The position numbers were made by a program, and so were the translations under genes. Shown here piece by piece: positions 1-5,857 of a DNA stretch of 8,449 nucleotides. The notes under the pieces are model-generated. The model did not search any database. It was not told where the DNA came from and saw nothing but the letters and a program-made list of their open reading frames with translations. Every line of letters begins with the position of its first letter. Within the stretch, counting starts at the first letter, position 1. The DNA comes from Paramicrosporidium saccamoebae KSL3 (taxonomy: Eukaryota > Fungi > Cryptomycota), in assembly GCA_002794465.1 (NCBI GenBank), contig MTSL01000151.1:27296-35744 (forward strand). The letters are read 5' to 3'.

Positions 1-57
1 CGCCGTCCGATTCTCTAGTGTTTATCTAATTGGTGCTTCGTCAATATCGGTTTATGG

Positions 58-1539
58 ATGCGGATGATTGTCCGCCATATCGTTATGATTGTTTTCCCAC
101 TTACTACCTGGGCAGCTAAATTGGGGGCCGATTTGGAAAATGCAGAGGTGGAATTGAAAACAGTTTTCCGGATGGGTCTCTACCAAGATGCGACAAAGCG
201 TCTCGCACAGATCTTTAGCGATTATGGGAAAAGGTTTGATGAAGCAGACATAGAGGATAAGTTTGTATATGTACAGAAGCTCGACTACTTATATCGGCAA
301 TATGAAGGATTTATTGCATGCAAAAAGTTTCGCTCGCTCCAGAGCGCGATAGATGGTTGGAATCGCGGCCTCCTAGATCATATATATGTCGATGCATACT
401 ACTTGGGCTGGAAATGGGATTTAAGAGGCTACCAGAGATGCAAAGACGCTTATGAGGAATTTGCAAAGCCTCTAAAGGACACTAGCGAATCTGCTCAGCA
501 GCTGCGAAGCGAATTGTTCGAAGACCTAGCCGATGCCCTGTACGAGAGCCCGTGTATCTGTTTCAAAGAGCCCACTCAACAGTTGGCAGCATTCTACCTG
601 AAATTCAACGAGGAGATGAAAGGTAACACTCCAGAAGATTTCAAGAATTACGTACTCGATACGTTTGAAGATGACTCTTCTGGATTCAATGCGACAGTAC
701 TCTATTGTTAATTCTAACAAATTTAGGTTGGCGGGGTAATGGCTACTCTGTTCCTCCACTTTAATGACCATTCGCGTGCCATGGAGACTATTATAAAGAC
801 CATGCCCTTTGCACTCGAAGAACCTAAAATGAATACTTTTGCCCTCAAGACGGCTATTGATGTACTGGGCGATCTTGTTCTGGACGATCCTGACGATGTT
901 GTGTACCTTGCCATTTTGTTAACGGCATCTGGACTTGATTTTCGTCGCTACTCGTATCCTGTAGGAATAGTGCCTAGTGATGTTTCTTGGGATGGGATTT
1001 TCGGGGCTGGTGGTGCTTCCCAAGGCAAAACCGAGATGCCAGAGCTCGTTTTATTAGCGGTAAAGGCCTTTGGTTCTATTATGCGCTTCAATTTTGAAGA
1101 ATCTCATACTCGTATCACTTTGCTAGAAAGGCAAATTCTCAGCAATTTGGAGGAAAGTCGGCAATATTTGCAACTAGTACAGAATCTGTGGCATTTCAGA
1201 TATTGTATTGCAGCTTTCCTTGAGTTTTCACTTAAGAAGGAGAATGCAAGTCGCACCACTATTAAGGATGTATTTAGAGATATGCGCTACTGGGAACGCT
1301 GGACAGAGTTGTTTTGGCTGAGAGACGAAACCCCAAATATGGACGAAGAGGCGGCCATTCACTTTCTCGACGCAATCGGTAGACTTTCAAAACAGTTTGA
1401 GCCTGGAAAATTTGCCCCCTCGTTGGAAGACATGCGTCTTCCTCGACCCCACATGGAAGTGATAGAAGCGGAAAATCTAGAAGCAATGGCTAGCTATATA
1501 ACATTAGATGATAATGCCAATTCATGGGACGATTTTTAA
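58..1539 (+). CDS. Hypothetical ~483-aa mostly helical protein, join(58..696,727..1539); possible N-terminal signal peptide; ends ...DDNANSWDDF
   Basis: ORFs 58-711 and 739-1539 are in the same frame. The 30-nt segment 697-726 (GTACTC...CTAAC...TTTAG) contains the TAA at 709-711. Removing it gives ...FNAT|VGGVMATLF... No family recognised. The start could also be ATG 64 or 85. Confidence 0.75.
697..726 (+). other. Spliceosomal intron, 30 nt, phase 0
   Basis: GTACTC donor, CTAAC branch-like motif 714-718, TTTAG acceptor; removal joins two in-frame ORFs. Confidence 0.8.
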
Positions 1540-1552
1540 GAATCTATTAAAT

Positions 1553-1558
1553 AATAAA
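1553..1558 (+). promoter_or_regulatory. Putative polyadenylation signal AATAAA for gene 1
   Basis: AATAAA 13 nt after the TAA stop at 1537-1539, within an AT-rich tract. Confidence 0.5.
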
Positions 1559-1615
1559 GACGACGCAAACTCGTCAGTAACACATCCTAATTTGGATGGC
1601 GAATCCAGGGATAGC

Positions 1616-2718
1616 ATGACAGTGGGAGATTCTACGGAGCTTAATCTGACCTGGCTGCACTGCAACGAATGCCATCGGTCATTTGAGCATCACAACCGGC
1701 TTGCAGTAGAAGTCGATGGCCTGCGTGTGATGAGAAGCGACCTAATGTTTGCCTTTACTTCCTGTGGACACTTTTTCTGCGAAAACTGTGTCCAGCAGCA
1801 CAGTATGACCGAGTTGCCGTGAATGATTCGTAGCAATTGGAGGCAAGTTAATATGCGCAATATGCCAGTGTGATGCAACTGCATTCAAGATCGACAACCA
1901 CGTCCCCAAGACGTTGGAGATGTACTTGAGACCTCCCATCGGACAACTCGAAGATTCTATTTCTGTCATGACTGTATTCTGCCAGACAACCTAATGGTGT
2001 AGTTTCAAATCAGCAACGCCTGTCATCTAATCAAGAGTCTACGAGCCAAGGTGGTACAGCAGAAGGAGCTCATCTCCAAAGCAAAACAGGAGCTCGCCAG
2101 TCAAAAGCTACTCAAGGAGAAGCTGAATGAGCTGCAGCAGGAAAATGATCGTCTATGTAGAAAGTATTGTCTGCGGTCAAGCGATGACGAGTAGGTTGGA
2201 TGATGTGACGCGTGCGGCCGGGAGTGCCACTCCAAGTAGCAAACAAATGGCCTCGCCCAGCCATACAATCCAAGTGCCGGGAAGATTGTCACTGAGATCG
2301 CCAATGAGACAAGGGCCACTAGCACCGTCCAGGCTTACTAATGAGTGGAATGCCCCAAGATCACCCTCCATCAGTGAAATATTTGTCAGACAGCCCACGT
2401 AAGAGCAGCGGGAGATGGCCTAATGCTAGACACGGTTGGAATCAGCCCCAACTTCCGTTCCAACCCCAAATCTCTCACCAATCCCAGTCGCAACAGCAGC
2501 TTTTTCATGATCCTCAGTTAATTCAGCCGGTTTATAACACTCCCGAAGTGAGGGCCCGATCCGTCATCCAGATTCCTCGCACTGCCCCCGCTCCCATCTA
2601 CAACAGCCGTAGTCGGACGAGTCTACCCCCTAGTCCGCGTCCTGTGCATCGACATACTGATTATTCACGCGGATTTAACCCAACACAAAACTCTTATTCA
2701 CATGGCGGCGCTATTTAG
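1616..2718 (+). CDS. RNF212: Zip3/RNF212-family RING E3 ligase (meiotic crossover factor), ~326 aa, join(1616..1802,1834..1973,2003..2163,2195..2398,2430..2718)
   Basis: The spliced product has WLHCNEC...FAFTSCGHFFCENC...CAICQC (N-terminal C3HC4 RING starting WxHCN, as in RNF212/RNF212B/Zip3). It continues YLRPP...SVMTFQ, then a coiled coil (LRAKVVQQKELISKAKQELASQKLLKEKLNELQQENDRL) and an S/P/Q-rich tail. Four 29-31 nt GT-AG introns keep the frame; the CDS totals 981 nt. Confidence 0.8.
1803..1833 (+). other. Intron, 31 nt (RING gene intron 1)
   Basis: GTATGA...CGTAG; removal supplies the last CxxC pair of the RING domain. Confidence 0.88.
1974..2002 (+). other. Intron, 29 nt (RING gene intron 2)
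   Basis: GTATTC...CTAAT...GTAG; gives SVMT|FQIS, matching the conserved FQ of the RNF212 family. Confidence 0.85.
2164..2194 (+). other. Intron, 31 nt (RING gene intron 3)
   Basis: GTATTG...ATGAC...GTAG; bypasses the in-frame TAG and joins the frame of ORF 2127-2402. Confidence 0.75.
2399..2429 (+). other. Intron, 31 nt (RING gene intron 4)
   Basis: GTAAGA...CTAAT...CTAG; joins the frame of ORF 2341-2718. Confidence 0.75.
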
Positions 2719-4098
2719 TGTAATTATACCGGGCCCGGCGTGGAACACTTCCGGGACGAAACGATGTCTAATAAACTGTGCAGCGATCCAAACGTTTACA
2801 AGGAGGAAAAGTATGGAGGCAGCCCAGACGGCAACAAAGACTTCCTGGCCGAGGAACTCGAGACGGTAGGCCAGATTAAGCCACAGTCCCTGGGCGCCAA
2901 ACCAGAGCACAGACATGGCTGTCCAGCGAAGAGAGGTGATATTGTGCATAGAGTTGTAAGCCATAGGAAACAGCGCCAGATACCAAAGAAAGTATTGAGA
3001 GGTGATCACCTTGTTGAATGCAACAAAGACGAATGTGATGATAAAGCAGGCAAATGCCAAATCTTTCTTGCCAAACTTGATCCCTGCCACAAGAAAAAAG
3101 ACAATCTGGGGAATGAACACGGCCAGTTCTGTAAATTGCGGCAACTTGGTCACAGCGTCCGTGTAGAAGAGGTAAAAGTATGGTGAATAATTGTGGCGAT
3201 GGTCGCGCCGGGTGAGGTGGTAGAGGAATGATTGCTCAATATATTCCATGCCATAGAGGCGGTAGCATATGCCAGTAAGGACCAGGAAACTCGCCAGGGA
3301 AGCAAGACCAAAGACGAAAATGCTCCGAATACGATCCGATGCGCTATGCATTTGGATGAAATTTACCTTTTGAGGGGTAGCCAAGGTGCTTGCAGGCCTC
3401 TGCTCACGCGGCTGCTGTTGCTTCTTCTTCTTATTCTTAAAGGAAGGACTGCCCTCTCTGCTGGGTGTGGGGGAGGCAGTTGGAGTCTCCAGTTTGGGCG
3501 ACATTGGCGGACTCTCGATTAGTTTCTTCGACCTACCGCGCACAAGATGAGCCAAAATTGCGATGCTGTAAATGATGGGGAACAATTTGAAATGTACTGC
3601 AGCTCCATAAGCCAAGCCGCCCAACAATGGTCGATTGGAGGTGATAAAGTAGAGGGAGGACAGTACGAGGACGCTGAGTAATGATTCGGCATTTCCCCGT
3701 GTGCTGATAGTAAAAACCATTGGATTCAGGAGCCAGAACAACCCTACCAGACGGGCGGCACGCGAGGGATTCGTCCCGCGGAGTAGAAAGAGATAGATGA
3801 AATATGCAGCCACCAAATCGAATGCACAGAATAGCACTTTTCCAAACATTCCGCCCGTCCATCCATTGGGCACCAATAGCACAGCCAACAATGGCGTATA
3901 TCTAAAAGTGTGTCGACTGTAGGGCGACCCTCCTGCTCGCACAGCCGCAGCGGCGTCCGAAAACACCCAGTAATCCACATCAGTGTACTTTACTTCCAGC
4001 GTCCTGTCTTGCCATGCGCCGTACACCAACAGCACCACCCGCACAAACACAGCCAACAGCGCCGCTTGGAGGAACGCCCGCATGCCGTAGTGTGCCAT
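2698..4098 (-). CDS. GPI14: GPI mannosyltransferase I (PIG-M/Gpi14), 466 aa, intronless
   Basis: Family motifs VKYTDVDY (DxD), GGSPYSRHTFRYTPLLA, FWLLNP...ISTRGNAES, AVHFKLFPIIY, YHLTRRDHRHNYSPYFY, FVAFNKVITSQYFLWY; multiple hydrophobic TM segments. The start could be ATG 4098 or 4083. Confidence 0.95.
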   Translation of the reverse strand: MAHYGMRAFLQAALLAVFVRVVLLVYGAWQDRTLEVKYTDVDYWVFSDAAAAVRAGGSPYSRHTFRYTPLLAVLLVPNGWTGGMFGKVLFCAFDLVAAYFIYLFLLRGTNPSRAARLVGLFWLLNPMVFTISTRGNAESLLSVLVLSSLYFITSNRPLLGGLAYGAAVHFKLFPIIYSIAILAHLVRGRSKKLIESPPMSPKLETPTASPTPSREGSPSFKNKKKKQQQPREQRPASTLATPQKVNFIQMHSASDRIRSIFVFGLASLASFLVLTGICYRLYGMEYIEQSFLYHLTRRDHRHNYSPYFYLFYTDAVTKLPQFTELAVFIPQIVFFLVAGIKFGKKDLAFACFIITFVFVAFNKVITSQYFLWYLALFPMAYNSMHNITSLRWTAMSVLWFGAQGLWLNLAYRLEFLGQEVFVAVWAASILFLLVNVWIAAQFIRHRFVPEVFHAGPGIITLNSAAM

Positions 4099-4143
4099 CG
4101 CCCGCCCAATATGAAGCGGCTGACCAATGGGGGAGGGGGAGAG
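4099..4143. promoter_or_regulatory. Minimal bidirectional promoter region between GPI14 and NMNAT
   Basis: 45 nt between divergent ATGs; two CCAAT pentamers (4106-4110, 4124-4128) and G-rich tracts. Confidence 0.5.
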
Positions 4144-4971
4144 ATGTTCATGCGAGGATTAAAAGTTGAAAAGTTGGTGCCGAAGAAGGAATGTACGGTT
4201 CTGGATAAAGGGTGAATGGTAGGGAGAGAGGACAAGCAGAAGGTAGTACTAGTGGCCTGCGGCTCATTCTCTCCCATTACCTATCTCCACCTGAGGCTTT
4301 TCGGTACTGCATAAATATGAGCTGACCTTTAGAAATGGCACGGGATGCTCTCCATGACAAGGAGATCTATCAGGTTGTGGGTGGATTCATGTCGCCCGTC
4401 TCTGACGAGTACCAAAAGGTTGGCCTGGAGCCGTCTCGTCATCGCCTCGAAATGTGCCGTCTGGCTGTGGCTGGGAGCGATTGGATTGATGTTGACGAGT
4501 GGGAGTCCTGCCAGTCAAGCTACCAACGGACAGTGCAGGTTCTGGGATCGCTGCAAGAACGACTGGATGAGTACGGTGGTGGGGCGCGGGTTATGTTGCT
4601 GGCAGGTGCGGATCTGATAAAATCGTTCGAAACGCCGGGTTTATGGGCTCCTGAAGATGTAACGGCACCATTCTGCTAACATTGTAGCAAAGTGCCATTG
4701 TGGGAACATATGGGTGTGTGATTGTAGATCGATGGAATTCGGATATTTCAGAATTCCTACTTACTGACCCGATACTGTACCGATATCGGAAGAACATTCA
4801 TGTCGTGAAACAGTTTATCAGCAACGACATTAGTTCCACCAAGATTAGGTGAGTCTGAGTTTAAATGATTGACTCTGCAGATTATACATAGCACGGGGAC
4901 TGTCAGTGAAGTACCTGTTACCAGATTCTGTTATTGAATACATAAGTGAACACGATCTCTACACTAACTAA
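4144..4971 (+). CDS. NMA1: Nicotinamide/nicotinate mononucleotide adenylyltransferase (NMNAT), ~235 aa, join(4144..4192,4223..4303,4333..4658,4688..4848,4881..4971)
   Basis: VVLVACGSFSPITYLHLRLFEMA (HxGH-like signature), GGFMSPVSDEYQKVGL, WIDVDEWE, MLLAGADLIKSF...PGLWAPED, YGCVIVDR, NDISSTKIR, SVKYLLPDSVIEYI...LY. Four 29-32 nt introns. The first exon and start (4144, 4150 or 4216) are less certain. Confidence 0.93.
4193..4222 (+). other. Probable intron, 30 nt (NMNAT intron 1)
   Basis: GTACGG...GTAG; removes the in-frame TGA 4213-4215 and gives LKVEKLVPKKE-W-REDKQKVVLVACG. Confidence 0.6.
4304..4332 (+). other. Intron, 29 nt (NMNAT intron 2)
   Basis: GTACTG...CTGAC...TTTAG; restores the conserved HLRLF-E-MA. 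Confidence 0.93.
4659..4687 (+). other. Intron, 29 nt (NMNAT intron 3)
   Basis: GTAACG...CTAAC...GTAG; restores WAPED|QSAIVGTYGCVIVDR. Confidence 0.9.
4849..4880 (+). other. Intron, 32 nt (NMNAT intron 4)
   Basis: GTGAGT...TTGAC...GCAG; restores SSTKI-R-LYIARGLSVKY. Confidence 0.93.
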
Positions 4972-5073
4972 AAGTGATTACCATAGCAGCGGGTTGATAA
5001 CATAGGGTGAGGGAATATTAGCATCGAGGTAAGGAAGAAGAATCTTGGCAGTGCGACAAGGAAGAGAAATCTC

Positions 5074-5241
5074 AGCAACGTAATGAAATATTGGCAACGT
5101 AATACAATACCAACATGATATTAGCAACGTAATACGACACCAACATGATATTAGCAACGTAATACGACATCAGCACATGATATTAGCAACGTGATACAAC
5201 ACCAACACATGATATTAGCAACGTAATATGATATTGACAAC
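5074..5241. repeat. Minisatellite of 30-32 nt units with conserved core ATGATATTAGCAACGTAATA, plus truncated 19-nt terminal units
   Basis: Cores end at 5104, 5134, 5164, 5196 and 5228 (spacing 30, 30, 32, 32). Linkers are CAATACCAAC, CGACACCAAC, CGACATCAGCAC and CAACACCAACAC. Partial copies lie at 5074-5084 and 5228-5241. Confidence 0.92.
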
Positions 5242-5265
5242 TTTGTACGATCCTAGCACATAATG

Positions 5266-5787
5266 TTACCAGCCAAACCGTTGGCCAAATGGATTCCACC
5301 TTGGATTGATTGTTTTGGCCAGCGGTTGCACGAGAATTAGCCTCGGCCTCCCAGGCAAATCTAGCGCCAAGTAGCGTTCTTCCCAAGCACCATTTTCGCT
5401 TTCTATCGCCTGGATTGTCACTTTTGCCTTTTCATTCTGTCCCTCTACATAAAACGTCGCGTCCACCACTTGCCGTCCATCATTGGCAATGCTGTGCTGC
5501 ACAGCTGGCCTCCTCCTCCGACCGTCGCTCAGGCCATAGACGGAAAGGTTCGGCCCCAGCAACCTCTCTAATTCGACGTGGTGGAGGGAGAGTGTATTGT
5601 CAATGACTGGGTATGTTCCGCCTGGGAGAAACAGTTCTTGTAAGAGAACGTAACCAATACCGCCAAAGAGACAAACTGTCCCGCCTAGAACGACTGCATA
5701 AAATCCACTACGACTCTTGTCGGCTGCCGTAGAATACACCCGATATCTCTGCGCTATGGATACATTCTGGAGGCGTCTCACGAGCAT
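5266..5787 (-). CDS. TIM21: Mitochondrial import inner membrane translocase subunit Tim21, 173 aa
   Basis: Arg-rich presequence-like N-terminus (MLVRRLQNVSIAQRYRVYST) and a single TM (FYAVVLGGTVCLFGGIGYVLL). Then ELFLPGG, LLG...VYG, RRRRP, FYVEG and YLALDLPGRPRLILV, which follow the Tim21 intermembrane-space domain pattern. Confidence 0.82.
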   Translation of the reverse strand: MLVRRLQNVSIAQRYRVYSTAADKSRSGFYAVVLGGTVCLFGGIGYVLLQELFLPGGTYPVIDNTLSLHHVELERLLGPNLSVYGLSDGRRRRPAVQHSIANDGRQVVDATFYVEGQNEKAKVTIQAIESENGAWEERYLALDLPGRPRLILVQPLAKTINPRWNPFGQRFGW

Positions 5788-5857
5788 CCCCCTGTGGGCT
5801 TAGCCGACTTCCTTAATTGGATTTCCTAATTGGTTAGTGCCCTTTCTCGTCCAAATA
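5788..5857. promoter_or_regulatory. Minimal bidirectional promoter region between TIM21 and the kinase
   Basis: 70 nt between divergent ATGs; tandem TTCCT(T)AATTGG copies, with ATTGG (reverse CCAAT) at 5816-5820 and 5829-5833. Confidence 0.55.

Noticed and set aside
1508-1615. N-terminal extension of the RING protein from ATG 1508
   Set aside because: It would overlap the end of gene 1 and its AATAAA. The family RING starts near the N-terminus, so ATG 1616 fits better.
2740-3522. Plus-strand ORFs 2740-3186 and 3232-3522
   Set aside because: They are antisense to the well-supported GPI14 CDS and have no recognisable motifs.
3910-4143. 5' part of the 101-aa ORF 3910-4215 as a gene or NMNAT extension
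   Set aside because: It is mostly antisense to GPI14; only the part from about 4144 fits NMNAT.
5118-5133. Stable RNA hairpin or terminator in the repeat core
   Set aside because: The stem is only 5-6 A-T pairs with no U-tract, too weak to call a structural element.
5093-5152. Coding repeat on the minus strand (NIMLVSYYVA-like decapeptide) and ORF 5183-5386
   Set aside because: The 32-nt units break the frame, the region lies beyond the TIM21 stop, and the ORF overlaps TIM21 in another frame.
5074-5241. CRISPR array (conserved repeat plus variable spacer appearance)
   Set aside because: The linkers are only 10-12 nt and clearly homologous to each other, there are no cas genes, and the context is eukaryotic with introns. 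This is a minisatellite.
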